Virus genome (UHGV): UHGV-1480848
Reading direction: 5' to 3' (one strand)
From: a virus
DNA length: 32,007 nucleotides
The notes under the pieces are model-generated. The model had not been told where the DNA came from. It did no database searches and saw nothing but the letters and a program-made list of their open reading frames with translations. Shown here piece after piece: positions 1 through 8,855 of the stretch; position 1 is the first letter of the stretch; each line of letters starts with the position of its first letter. The position numbers were made by a program, and so were the translations under genes.

Positions 1-18
1 ATATAAAGAGGTAAATCA

Positions 19-177
19 TTTGATACTGCTGAAAAATCCGGGAGGAAAGTGGATCAAACGGGATTTGATGGGATAAAACAAACAGTTATGACGTAAAACA
101 GTGTTATGCGCACAACATGTGATTTGATACTACTGTCGCAAAGAAAGCTAAAAACGAAAAAATATTTGATACTACTG
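19..177 (+). repeat. Three direct copies of 13-mer TTTGATACT(G/A)CTG; putative transposase end-binding sites (L1/L2/L3-like)
   Basis: Copies seen at 19-31, 123-135 and 165-177, each followed by an A-rich tract; bases 32-70 resemble the Mu left-end sequence CCGGGAGG...GATGGGAT as I recall it. Confidence 0.6.
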
Positions 178-234
178 ATTTCTGCGATTTTAACGTTTTA
201 AACAGGTTAAAAAACCAGCCGCGGGCTATTGGAA

Positions 235-819
235 TTAGCCCGCCTTCGATTCTAAACTACTTGAGAGTTTATCGCTTTCAATTTCTGCCAAAATCTCTCT
301 AACTCTTTCATCCGATAAATGATCTAAAAGTAGAGCTGCTGCACGTTTTCGTCCTTCAAGTTGGATTAGTTCTTGATTCTCTGGTTCAAGTAACCGTGAC
401 AAGTACTTAGCTCCATTTAGCGCGAGGATTTTTGATAATCGCTCTGCCTCTGATGCTTCTAAAGCACTTAGTATAGCAAGAAGGCGCTGTAGCGTTATAT
501 CTAGGGGCAATTGGACGTTTTCATCTATTTTAGGTGATATTGGTTCTATATCCTCCTTGCCAAAAACAAGCCAATCAATGCTCACCCCTTCTGCAAAAGC
601 AATCTGACCAGCTACTTGTAGAGATGGTGTCGCATCTTTCTCAAAGTAGTTGTTAAGTGTTGAGAACGGTAGCCCCCACGCCTTCGCCACGGCAGTCTTG
701 GAGCGCCCGCGCATTAACATGGCTAGGCGCTCTTTAATGCTTTCTTTTTGAAACACAGGAAAAGAAAAATCACTTTCTTTTTCAGTGCTTCTTTCTTTTC
801 TGTTAACTATATGATTCAT
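235..819 (-). CDS. Prophage repressor (c-like), HTH DNA-binding protein
   Basis: Only leftward gene, divergent from ner as in Mu; HTH-like segment SKTAVAKAWGLPFSTLNNY. Start taken at internal ATG (MNHIV...) because the ORF-track N-terminus is an implausible hydrophobic extension; alternative start 870. Confidence 0.7.
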   Translation of the reverse strand: MNHIVNRKERSTEKESDFSFPVFQKESIKERLAMLMRGRSKTAVAKAWGLPFSTLNNYFEKDATPSLQVAGQIAFAEGVSIDWLVFGKEDIEPISPKIDENVQLPLDITLQRLLAILSALEASEAERLSKILALNGAKYLSRLLEPENQELIQLEGRKRAAALLLDHLSDERVREILAEIESDKLSSSLESKAG

Positions 820-959
820 AAAGAAATATCCTTTTGTAGATAAAAACCACCAAAGAAAGAGATAAAACACCTTTACTTTTCTTTTGTAGTGATCAAATAT
901 TTATATGTAGAGATTATCCGGCGGTGTTATCCGCGCAGATAACTTTTAAGGATAAACGA
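820..959. promoter_or_regulatory. Divergent operator/promoter region between repressor and ner
   Basis: AT-rich 140 bp with direct repeat CTTTTGTAG at 831-839 and 881-889, IHF-like core gATCAAatatTTA at 890-902, and imperfect palindrome GTTATC-N6-GATAAC at 926-943. Confidence 0.55.
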
Positions 960-1196
960 ATGATGTCTATAAATGAAGTTGTTAAACAGGACTGGCACCC
1001 CGCGCATGTTGTCGCGGCGGTGCATGTAAAAGGTTTTACTTTACGCTCTCTGTCCATTGAAGCCGGTTTAAACCAGGATTCTTTAAAGAATGCCCTGTAC
1101 CGCAAATGCCCAAAATATGAGCGCATTATTGCTGATGCTATTGGTGTTGCTCCGGAGGAGATCTGGCCCAGCCGTTACGCTCGTAAGGTGGTATAA
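960..1196 (+). CDS. ner: Ner-like DNA-binding protein (negative regulator of early transcription)
   Basis: Translation carries Ner/Nlp-family motifs (DWH..V.A, IIA.A.G..PE.IWPSRY); ATG at 960 preceded by AAGGA; ORF-track start 924 is GTG without a good RBS. Confidence 0.85.
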   Translation: MMSINEVVKQDWHPAHVVAAVHVKGFTLRSLSIEAGLNQDSLKNALYRKCPKYERIIADAIGVAPEEIWPSRYARKVV

Positions 1197-1198
1197 AA

Positions 1199-3286
1199 AT
1201 GTTTGTATCAGTTAATGAGCTTGTAGGGCTACCAGGTATGCCGGGAACTGCGCAAGGGGTGCGGTATTCCATAAGGAAACTGGCCTCATCTGAGCATTTC
1301 AGGCGCAAACGTGCGGGTTCAAAAACCATTGAATACAGCATCGACTGCCTCCCTCCGATTACACAACGGGCGTTACGTGAGCGACATGTAGCTCAACTGA
1401 TGGCAAGCGCCCCGCAGGAGATAACTACCCAGCCTCCTGTAAAGCGTGAACGCAAACAAAATGTTGTACAGCCTGTTGAGGCATATCGCGGTTCGCCACA
1501 ATTGGTAGAAGAGCGTCTGAATGCGCTTACGGAAAATCAACGTAAAGTTGCAGAAGCGCGCATTGCTCTTGTCTGTGAAGTTCTACGAATTAGCCAGGAG
1601 CCGGGATTCAGTTGTGCCAGCGCTATACGTTTTATTGTGTCGCGGTTAGCACAGGGTAACCTGGAAGAACGCCTGGAATCTTTGGTCATTACTGCTAATG
1701 CCCGTAAAGGAAAAGAGCGAACTCTGAGCGCAATTACGCTCAAACGTTGGATAGCTGCGTTTAACAAAGCACAGAATGCCGCAGAACGACTGCTGTTACT
1801 GGCACCAGGAAAGCGCGACGAAATAAAACCGGAAGAAATTAGCTGGCTGCCTGAATTTCTGGCGCAGTATCGTCAGGCTAACGGCAGGCCTATGTCTGAA
1901 GCCTATGAGGATTTTGTCGCTGATTGGCAGCGTCGCCATGCGGACGAACCATACATGCTGGAGGTGATGCCTTCCTATGATGTTGTCCGGTATGCCATGA
2001 AAAAACTGCCGGAAGTGGTGAAACAAAAAGGGCGCGTTACCGGCAGTGAATACCGTCAGCTTGAAGGATTCACCCGCCGCGACTGGACAGCTATGCCGGT
2101 GAATTATGTCTGGATTGGTGACGGTCACGGTATGAAGCTGAAATGTGCGCATCCGGTTCACGGGCGTCCATTTTCACCGGAAGTTACGTTTGTGATCGAC
2201 GGTGGAACCCGGTTTGTGGTTGGCTGGAGTCTTGATCTTGCGGAGAACGTGTTCGCTGTTGCCGGGGCGATACAACACGGCATTCGCAATCATGGAAAAC
2301 CATTCCTGTATTACTCGGATAATGGTTCCGGTGAAACGGCAGATATGCTGGATAAAGAGATCGTCGGGATTCTGCCCCGTCTGGGGATTAACCACCCCAC
2401 CGGTATTGCGGGAAATCCGCAGGGACGCGGCATTATTGAACGCCTGAACCGAACATTACCGATGCGTATAGCCAGGAGGTATCGCACCTATTTCGGCAAG
2501 GGTGCTGACCGGGAATCGTTGCGAGTACTTAATCGTGATCTGCGTTCAGCGTTTAATGCCCTGCAACAGGACAAGCCACTGAGCGCCCGTCAGAAAGCCG
2601 CAATGCGCGAGCTGCCGTCCTGGTCAGAACTGATTGAGGCTATCCGTGAGGGGGTGGAGTGGTACAACAACCGCCCACATTCTGAATTGCCGATGAAACC
2701 AAACGGAAAGCATTACAGCCCGGCAGAGTTCAGAAAAAAACGCTTAGCGGAAGAAGACACTGAAATTGAGTGGCTGAGTGATCTTGAGCTGCGCGACATG
2801 TTCCGCCCGATGGTGGAGCGTCCGGTAAGACGCTGCGAAATCCAGTGGCTGAACAATATTTACTACGCGCCAGAGCTGCGTGATGAACATGGTCGCAAAG
2901 TACTTATCAGCTATGACATTCACGATGCCGAGCGAATTACGGTACGCCGTAAGGACGGTAGCTTTATCTGTGAGGCGATATGGAACGGCAATAAACGCGC
3001 AGCCTTTCCTGTCACGGCTGAATATCACAAACAACAGCAGCGTATTAAAGGCATGCGCAAGCGTGCTGAGGAAAAAATTCGTGATGCAGAGGATGAAGGT
3101 ATTCAGATTCTGGAACACAAACAGGCTGAACCCTGGCTGGATAATGTTTATCGCCCGGTTGGTAATACGGTAACCATCCGGCAACAGGATTATGAGGAAG
3201 ATTACGACGAAGATTATGAACGCGATTTCAGGCTGGGTTTGCAAAAACTTGCAGCCATACAGGAACAGGATGATCCGCTGGCCTGA
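1199..3286 (+). CDS. A: DDE transposase, MuA-like
   Basis: 695 aa directly after ner; Mu-transposase-like core (VWIGDGHGMKLK, NHGKPFLYYSDNGS) and acidic C-terminal tail. Confidence 0.93.
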   Translation: MFVSVNELVGLPGMPGTAQGVRYSIRKLASSEHFRRKRAGSKTIEYSIDCLPPITQRALRERHVAQLMASAPQEITTQPPVKRERKQNVVQPVEAYRGSPQLVEERLNALTENQRKVAEARIALVCEVLRISQEPGFSCASAIRFIVSRLAQGNLEERLESLVITANARKGKERTLSAITLKRWIAAFNKAQNAAERLLLLAPGKRDEIKPEEISWLPEFLAQYRQANGRPMSEAYEDFVADWQRRHADEPYMLEVMPSYDVVRYAMKKLPEVVKQKGRVTGSEYRQLEGFTRRDWTAMPVNYVWIGDGHGMKLKCAHPVHGRPFSPEVTFVIDGGTRFVVGWSLDLAENVFAVAGAIQHGIRNHGKPFLYYSDNGSGETADMLDKEIVGILPRLGINHPTGIAGNPQGRGIIERLNRTLPMRIARRYRTYFGKGADRESLRVLNRDLRSAFNALQQDKPLSARQKAAMRELPSWSELIEAIREGVEWYNNRPHSELPMKPNGKHYSPAEFRKKRLAEEDTEIEWLSDLELRDMFRPMVERPVRRCEIQWLNNIYYAPELRDEHGRKVLISYDIHDAERITVRRKDGSFICEAIWNGNKRAAFPVTAEYHKQQQRIKGMRKRAEEKIRDAEDEGIQILEHKQAEPWLDNVYRPVGNTVTIRQQDYEEDYDEDYERDFRLGLQKLAAIQEQDDPLA

Positions 3287-3358
3287 ATAAAAAACAGTCC
3301 GCGGGAACGGACTGTTAAGTAAAGGAAACAAAGCTGATTTGAATAAACGGAGAATAAT

Positions 3359-4291
3359 ATGACCGATATTAATGATGTTTTCAACACAATTAATGCGCTG
3401 ATTACTGACGGTGTAAAAACACAAAGCGCTATCGCCAAAGAAGCTGGCGTGTCGGAGGCCACTCTTTCTGAACTTCGCAAAGGCCGTTACAAAGGCGATA
3501 CCGAAGGGATGCACAACAAATTACTGATGTGGCATCAGGGCTGGCAGAAAAGTCTGGAGTTGCCCGGCACCCCACAACTTGTGGAAACACAGACCCTGCG
3601 TGATTTGCGTGAACTTTTTCAGACAGTGCGTGTTATGGGGTGTATCAGCGTTCTGGTGGGTGTGCCGGGGGTAGGAAAAACCGTTGCGGCCCGTGAATAC
3701 AGTAACCGCGTATCTAATACCTGGATGGTAACCCTTTCCCCTGCACACTCAACGGTGACGGAATGTCTGCTGGAACTGGCAGACGCGCTGGGAATTGATA
3801 ACCCGCAAAGGAATAAAGGCGCGCTGACCCGTGCCATTCGCAAAAAACTGAACGGTACACGCGGTCTGGTGATTGTGGATGAAGCTGACCACCTGAGCAT
3901 TGACGGGCTGGAACAATTACGTGCCATTCAGGATGCCACCGGAGTCGGGATGGTATTGATTGGTAACCCCAGTCAGTTAGCCAAAGCCACACATCGGGGA
4001 ACGGATGACCTTGCACGTTTGTTCAGTCGTTTCGCCAGGACAAAGCAACTACGTAAAGCCAAAAAGGCTGACGTGGTGGCAATTGCGAAAGCCTGGGGCA
4101 TTGAGGGCGAAGATGAATTATCACTCATGCAGAGCATCGCGGAAAAGCCAGGCGCATTGCGTGTATTAACTCACACGCTGAATCAGGCGTGGCTGGCAGC
4201 CAGCGGGAAAGGCGTTCCTCTGTCCAAAGGCTACATAAAAGCGGCTTTTAAAGAGGTTTACAGCAACCCGAAATTACTGAACTGGTGGTAA
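3359..4291 (+). CDS. B: Transposition ATPase / target DNA activator, MuB-like (AAA+)
   Basis: 310 aa; N-terminal HTH; Walker A GVPGVGKT; Walker B LVIVDEADHL; follows A. Confidence 0.93.
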   Translation: MTDINDVFNTINALITDGVKTQSAIAKEAGVSEATLSELRKGRYKGDTEGMHNKLLMWHQGWQKSLELPGTPQLVETQTLRDLRELFQTVRVMGCISVLVGVPGVGKTVAAREYSNRVSNTWMVTLSPAHSTVTECLLELADALGIDNPQRNKGALTRAIRKKLNGTRGLVIVDEADHLSIDGLEQLRAIQDATGVGMVLIGNPSQLAKATHRGTDDLARLFSRFARTKQLRKAKKADVVAIAKAWGIEGEDELSLMQSIAEKPGALRVLTHTLNQAWLAASGKGVPLSKGYIKAAFKEVYSNPKLLNWW

Positions 4292-4305
4292 GGGGATAAT
4301 AAATA

Positions 4306-4533
4306 ATGATGTCACGAAATATAAAAATGGCAACGGATGCGCAGAACTGGTTACAGGCGCGCGGGAGTCATGTAAATGAATCATATCTCGGCGTGGCGCG
4401 TCCGATTCTTGAAATCACTTACCCACCGGTGGAACTGGTAAAAAACGCGGTCAGAATTATGGAGCATAAGTCCGGGGTGGCCCGTTCTGTATGGACGGCC
4501 CGTTTTAATGGTTGCCAGATAATCTGGAGATAG
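4306..4533 (+). CDS. Hypothetical early protein (occupies the position of Mu kil)
   Basis: 75-aa ORF with AAGGGGA RBS 9 nt upstream; no recognisable motif. Confidence 0.45.
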   Translation: MMSRNIKMATDAQNWLQARGSHVNESYLGVARPILEITYPPVELVKNAVRIMEHKSGVARSVWTARFNGCQIIWR

Positions 4534-4540
4534 CATTTAA

Positions 4541-4753
4541 ATGATGGTGATAAATATTCACGATAATCTGGGAATCAGTAAGTTAATCAACCTTGATAAT
4601 GTCAGTGTAATGGAAACGACTGTTGAGGGCGGTATTGCTTTTGAATTTATTGATGGTCACCGGCTGGTCGTTCATGTCGGCAACCATCATCACGCAGAAG
4701 ATGTGTTTTGGGAACTTAACAAAATCACAAATGCAACACCCGTTAATCAATAA
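4541..4753 (+). CDS. Hypothetical early protein
   Basis: 70-aa ORF, GGAGA upstream; AT-rich early region. Confidence 0.4.
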   Translation: MMVINIHDNLGISKLINLDNVSVMETTVEGGIAFEFIDGHRLVVHVGNHHHAEDVFWELNKITNATPVNQ

Positions 4754-4760
4754 GCAGGTA

Positions 4761-5036
4761 ATGAAAATGGCAAAAGTAATCTTTGAATTTAACAATACAA
4801 GAAATATTGAGTTTCAGGATAATGGAGGTTTTGCCGTAAATATGAATGTGCGACTGGAAGAATCCTCACCTGAGGACCAGACCGGGCCACATGATGTAAT
4901 GGCAGGCATCATCAAGAGCATGGCTCCTGAAATCATTAAAAAAGCGACCGAGGAGTTGTTGAAATCAGCCAGGGAGCTTGGGCTGGAAGCCGAGGGGGAA
5001 TTATTCAGCTATAACCCGAATGCAGCCAGACATTAA
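4761..5036 (+). CDS. Hypothetical early protein
   Basis: Start chosen at ATG 4761 (MKMAKV...) just after the stop of the previous gene; the ORF-track start 4623 would overlap that gene. Confidence 0.45.
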   Translation: MKMAKVIFEFNNTRNIEFQDNGGFAVNMNVRLEESSPEDQTGPHDVMAGIIKSMAPEIIKKATEELLKSARELGLEAEGELFSYNPNAARH

Positions 5037-5056
5037 TTCACAAAGGAACGCTGACA

Positions 5057-5476
5057 ATGAACGTCAAAATCCGAAATGAAATTCAGGCATTAATCCGAAT
5101 TCAGGAACGCAATAACAACGGTGGTGAATTACGCGAGTTTATTTGCGCCCGAAAAGTTGATGATTGTGGTGAAAAGACTTACCTGATTGCTTTCGACCAT
5201 TACAGCATCTGTGCGCGTTATTGCGGCGAAAGCATATCCCGCGCCATTGCATTTGGCGGTGCGTTCAACGTGGATTTATGGGAGTACGTCATGGACCGGG
5301 AATACATCTGCGCATCAGACCCTGAAGCCCGTGAAATGTGGCAGCGTATCTGGCGCGATTACCGGTTAATGGCAAAAGGCTGGGCGCGCTGCTGTTATTC
5401 CTCGCTTGCCCTGAAAGCGGTTCAGTTATCGCTGCGGCATATTCCGGCATCACTGCGCGAGCCTCTGCTGTACTGA
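5057..5476 (+). CDS. Hypothetical early protein, Cys-rich
   Basis: 139 aa; AAGGAA RBS 8 nt upstream; several Cys (CARK..DDCG, CARYCG, ARCCY). Confidence 0.5.
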   Translation: MNVKIRNEIQALIRIQERNNNGGELREFICARKVDDCGEKTYLIAFDHYSICARYCGESISRAIAFGGAFNVDLWEYVMDREYICASDPEAREMWQRIWRDYRLMAKGWARCCYSSLALKAVQLSLRHIPASLREPLLY

Positions 5477-5776
5477 ATGGTGGCTGACATGAAGTGTAAT
5501 CGTAAGCGCTGGTCACGCGAAGACCGGGAATTTATCGAAGCCAACGTCGGGAAAATGACCGTTGAAGAAATGGCGGAAAAACTGAAAGTCGCCACAACCG
5601 CCCTCCGGGCACATGCCAGAAGGCACGGAATATCATTGTGTGTATACCGAATCAGTGAACACGACAAATATTTATGTCGTGAACTTTATAAAGAAGGGCT
5701 GGATATTCATGTCATTGCCCGAAAGATGGAATTAAGCAATCGAGCTGTATCCAGCATTGTATACAGCGGATATTAA
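5477..5776 (+). CDS. Putative DNA-binding protein with two HTH-like segments
   Basis: 99 aa; segments MTVEEMAEKLKVATTALRAHARRHG and LDIHVIARKMELSNRAVSSIVY look like helix-turn-helix units; alternative start 5489. Confidence 0.5.
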   Translation: MVADMKCNRKRWSREDREFIEANVGKMTVEEMAEKLKVATTALRAHARRHGISLCVYRISEHDKYLCRELYKEGLDIHVIARKMELSNRAVSSIVYSGY

Positions 5777-5795
5777 TTAACAGGAGCTTTAATTT

Positions 5796-6320
5796 ATGGC
5801 TAAACCAGCAAAACGCATCAAAAGTGCCGCAGCGGCTTATGTGCCACAAAACCGCGATGCGGTGATTACCGATATTAAACGCATCGGGGATTTACAGCGC
5901 GAAGCATCACGTCTGGAAACGGAAATGAATGATGCCATCGCGGAAATTACGGAGAAATTTGCAGCCCGGATTGCACCGATTAAAACCGATATTGAAACCC
6001 TTTCAAAAGGCGTTCAGGGATGGTGTGAAGCGAACCGCGACGAACTGACGAACGGCGGCAAAGTGAAGACGGCGAATCTTGTCACCGGTGATGTATCGTG
6101 GCGGGTCCGTCCACCATCAGTAAGTATTCGTGGTATGGATGCAGTGATGGAAACGCTGGAGCGTCTTGGCCTGCAACGCTTTATTCGCACGAAGCAGGAA
6201 ATCAACAAGGAGGCGATTTTACTGGAGCCAAAAGCGGTCGCAGGTGTTGCCGGAATTACGGTTAAATCGGGAATTGAAGATTTTTCCATTATTCCGTTTG
6301 AACAGGAAGCCGGTATTTAA
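5796..6320 (+). CDS. gam: Host-nuclease inhibitor Gam (DNA-end-binding, Ku-like)
   Basis: 174 aa; sequence closely matches Mu Gam as I remember it (MAKPAKRIKSAAAAYVPQNRDAVITDIKRIGDLQREA...); CAGGAG RBS. Confidence 0.9.
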   Translation: MAKPAKRIKSAAAAYVPQNRDAVITDIKRIGDLQREASRLETEMNDAIAEITEKFAARIAPIKTDIETLSKGVQGWCEANRDELTNGGKVKTANLVTGDVSWRVRPPSVSIRGMDAVMETLERLGLQRFIRTKQEINKEAILLEPKAVAGVAGITVKSGIEDFSIIPFEQEAGI

Positions 6321-6418
6321 TACCACCATTAATATTTAATTAATTCACATTCTTTTAATTATGGCGCGATGCGTCAGGGGATTGCTCGCGCCTGAAACAT
6401 ATTACAGAGGAATAAAAC

Positions 6419-6958
6419 ATGGTTGATGCAAAAATTCTGAATGGTGTCAGCACATTATTACGGGCTTACGGACGCCTGACCTGTGGAGTTCTGGCTGAAA
6501 AAATGAATATGCTGCCCTCGTCAATGGTGTATTTCCTGCGTGATGCGGTTGATGCCGGAGTGCTCACCGAATGCAACGGATTTTATGACGTACCGCGTCC
6601 CCGTACAGAGCAGCCTGTAAGACGAAACGCAACTGAGCAGCCTGCTGTTGATGATGCGGTGTGGTGCAACTGGCGTCGCTCATTACCCTGGGTGGAAGGT
6701 AATACCATCCCTGCGCTGGCAAAAGAGTTTGCGACGGGCGTGCTGACCTGTGAGTCAGTCCACATTGTTGCTGAGGTGGATAACAGAATGTGCGAACAGG
6801 GAATGCCCCGTTTTGTGATGGCTTATATCGATATCCGGCTGGGGCGTTTTATTTGCAGTTCAAGCGCCTGGAATATCACCGACCATGTACTGCGTTATCT
6901 CATCATTGATTTTTCATCAGCACCGGGTGTGGTGCAGGAGGCTGGTTGTGAAATTTGA
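6419..6958 (+). CDS. Hypothetical protein with possible N-terminal winged-helix domain
   Basis: 179 aa; AGAGGA RBS; the winged-helix call for the N-terminal ~50 aa is inferred from its amphipathic pattern only. Confidence 0.5.
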   Translation: MVDAKILNGVSTLLRAYGRLTCGVLAEKMNMLPSSMVYFLRDAVDAGVLTECNGFYDVPRPRTEQPVRRNATEQPAVDDAVWCNWRRSLPWVEGNTIPALAKEFATGVLTCESVHIVAEVDNRMCEQGMPRFVMAYIDIRLGRFICSSSAWNITDHVLRYLIIDFSSAPGVVQEAGCEI

Positions 6959-7652
6959 AGACTGGGGTATTGATAAAAGTTGTGGCCGGGACGTCCTGGT
7001 GTACAAAAGCTGTAGCGTGATTGAAGGAGAAGATGCCTGGCAGGTTCTGGATATACTTCGTTCTGCTTTATGCAGAGCTGGCTATGTTACGCCAGCGTCA
7101 GTTAATGGCGGAACTGCCACTACCTGTATCAGAAAGCAACTTTATAGTTTTTATACAGCCTACAACCGATGGTTAAAGAATGGGGCAATGGAGACGGGCG
7201 ATGATGTATTTACCCGGGCTGCCGGATTATGTGCCAATGCTTACGATTATTTTGAATCAACCGGTGCAGACAGTGAAGCCGCATTAGAACAATTACATGC
7301 GGACTTTATCTCAGCAGGGCTGAATGAGAAATTGCCATTTAACCGGGACAGCAAACATTACAGAAACGAAAGCAAATTGGCCAGATGCCACCAGAATTCA
7401 GCACGTGTGGCATGGGTTGAAAAACACTGTATTAGTTCTGATTCAGAAATAACGGGGAAAAAGACAGTCGGTGAAACATCGTATTCGTGGCTGGGGAAAT
7501 TTACCACGGTGAAACAGGAATGCCCGACCTGCGGTAATGAATCCCCTGAATATCTGAAAGAGTGTCCCCATTGTGGCGGGCAGAAATGCAACCACTGTGA
7601 TATGGGCGATGACACGGCGTGCATGAATTGTGAAGGTGAACAGAATGAATAA
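6948..7652 (+). CDS. Hypothetical protein with C-terminal 4x CxxC zinc-ribbon
   Basis: GTG start at 6948 preceded by AGGAGG; C-terminus CPTCG..CPHCG..CNHC..CMNC. ORF-track start 6885 lies inside the upstream gene. Confidence 0.5.
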   Translation: MKFEDWGIDKSCGRDVLVYKSCSVIEGEDAWQVLDILRSALCRAGYVTPASVNGGTATTCIRKQLYSFYTAYNRWLKNGAMETGDDVFTRAAGLCANAYDYFESTGADSEAALEQLHADFISAGLNEKLPFNRDSKHYRNESKLARCHQNSARVAWVEKHCISSDSEITGKKTVGETSYSWLGKFTTVKQECPTCGNESPEYLKECPHCGGQKCNHCDMGDDTACMNCEGEQNE

Positions 7653-7953
7653 TGGCGTATTTACAAAATCCGAGGAACTGACAGCGTTGTTGACGGCGGC
7701 TGGTTTTCCTGAAGATGTGATCGGTAACTTTGTGGCGGCGGTATATGCCCCGTCTTATAACCGTGCAATTGATGAGGTCATGGCGTACCGACTCGGCATT
7801 GTTGCTGAGTCACTGAGTCCTCACTGGATTATTGAAAATCTCCGCGCTATTGCTGATGGCAACGATAAATCAGCAGCCGTTGCTGCACTGGATGTGTTAC
7901 GGCAAATGAGTCTGAAATTTTATCCTGAATTTATTCTGAGGGCCGCAAAATGA
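7645..7953 (+). CDS. Hypothetical early protein
   Basis: ATG 7645 overlaps the upstream stop by 8 nt; ends in ATGA overlap with the next gene. Confidence 0.45.
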   Translation: MNNGVFTKSEELTALLTAAGFPEDVIGNFVAAVYAPSYNRAIDEVMAYRLGIVAESLSPHWIIENLRAIADGNDKSAAVAALDVLRQMSLKFYPEFILRAAK

Positions 7954-8252
7954 ACAATGAAGATAAATTTACTCCCCTTAATATTGATAACGTCATGGCT
8001 GAAAAAAGGATGCTGGAACGTGTTCGCGCTATCGTTGAATATGGTATTAAGCATGAACTCACCGCCAGAGAAGTTCGTGACATTATCAACCGCGAAATGA
8101 ATCGTCTGGAAACATTAGTGGCACTGCAAAATGAAACAGCCCGCGAGGAGTACATCCGCCGCAGGCTGGGGTTATCAGACCAGGATATTGTTACTGACGC
8201 TCATGTGTTTGAGGCTTTTGAGATCCGTCAGCATCTGGGCCTTACGAACTGA
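7950..8252 (+). CDS. Hypothetical early protein
   Basis: 100 aa; ATGA start/stop overlap with the previous gene. Confidence 0.45.
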   Translation: MNNEDKFTPLNIDNVMAEKRMLERVRAIVEYGIKHELTAREVRDIINREMNRLETLVALQNETAREEYIRRRLGLSDQDIVTDAHVFEAFEIRQHLGLTN

Positions 8253-8303
8253 TGTGTAAATTCAGGCGGTGTTGCAGCACCGCCTCTTTCCGGAGGTACG
8301 ATC

Positions 8304-8855
8304 ATGAGTCGCACATCCCTGATTAAATTAATCCATGTTGCCCGTCGGGAGCTACAACTCGACGACGACACTTACCGCGCTTTTCTGATGCAGAAAACGG
8401 GCAAAATCAGTTGCCGCGAGCTTACGGTTACGCAACTGGAACAGGTGCTCGATGCCATGAAAGAACGCGGCTTTAAGAAGCTGAATAAATACCCCCGTCG
8501 CCGCTTTAAGGGACATGTCACACCCCGCGAGAAGGTGTATAAAATCTGGCAGCAGATGGCAGAAGACGGTTTTATTACCGATGGCGGTGATGTGGCGCTG
8601 GACAGATATGTTCAACGCCTGACCGCGAAACGCAACGGCGGACAGGGTGTTTCCACACTGGCGTGGTGTCATGGCGACACGCTGCTGACAGTCCTCGAAA
8701 CACTCAAGCAGTGGCACATCCGCTGTATTCGTGAAGCCTTTTCCCGTCACGGGCTTCCGTTGCCGGTCAGTCCGTCCGGTCGTGAACTGCGCGGCTATGA
8801 TGCCATGACGGCGGCTTATGCCCATGCCAGAAAGACACGGAGGATGGCACAATGA
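8304..8855 (+). CDS. gemA: GemA-like protein (Mu gp16 family)
   Basis: 183 aa immediately upstream of mor as in Mu; GGAGG RBS. Confidence 0.75.
   Translation: MSRTSLIKLIHVARRELQLDDDTYRAFLMQKTGKISCRELTVTQLEQVLDAMKERGFKKLNKYPRRRFKGHVTPREKVYKIWQQMAEDGFITDGGDVALDRYVQRLTAKRNGGQGVSTLAWCHGDTLLTVLETLKQWHIRCIREAFSRHGLPLPVSPSGRELRGYDAMTAAYAHARKTRRMAQ

Noticed and set aside
1-20. Exact prophage/host junction at the window start
   Set aside because: No TG dinucleotide or clear boundary within the first 20 bases; the end cannot be placed without upstream sequence.
2744-3514. 256-aa ORF on the minus strand
   Set aside because: Antisense to the 3' end of A and the start of B; hydrophobic low-complexity translation typical of an AT-rich antisense frame.
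4541-5036. Possible paralogy between the 4541-4753 and 4761-5036 products
   Set aside because: Only a short shared FEF motif; too weak to claim without an alignment.
6885-6947. Upstream extension of the zinc-ribbon ORF
   Set aside because: Overlaps the end of the 6419-6958 gene; GTG 6948 with an AGGAGG RBS is the better start.
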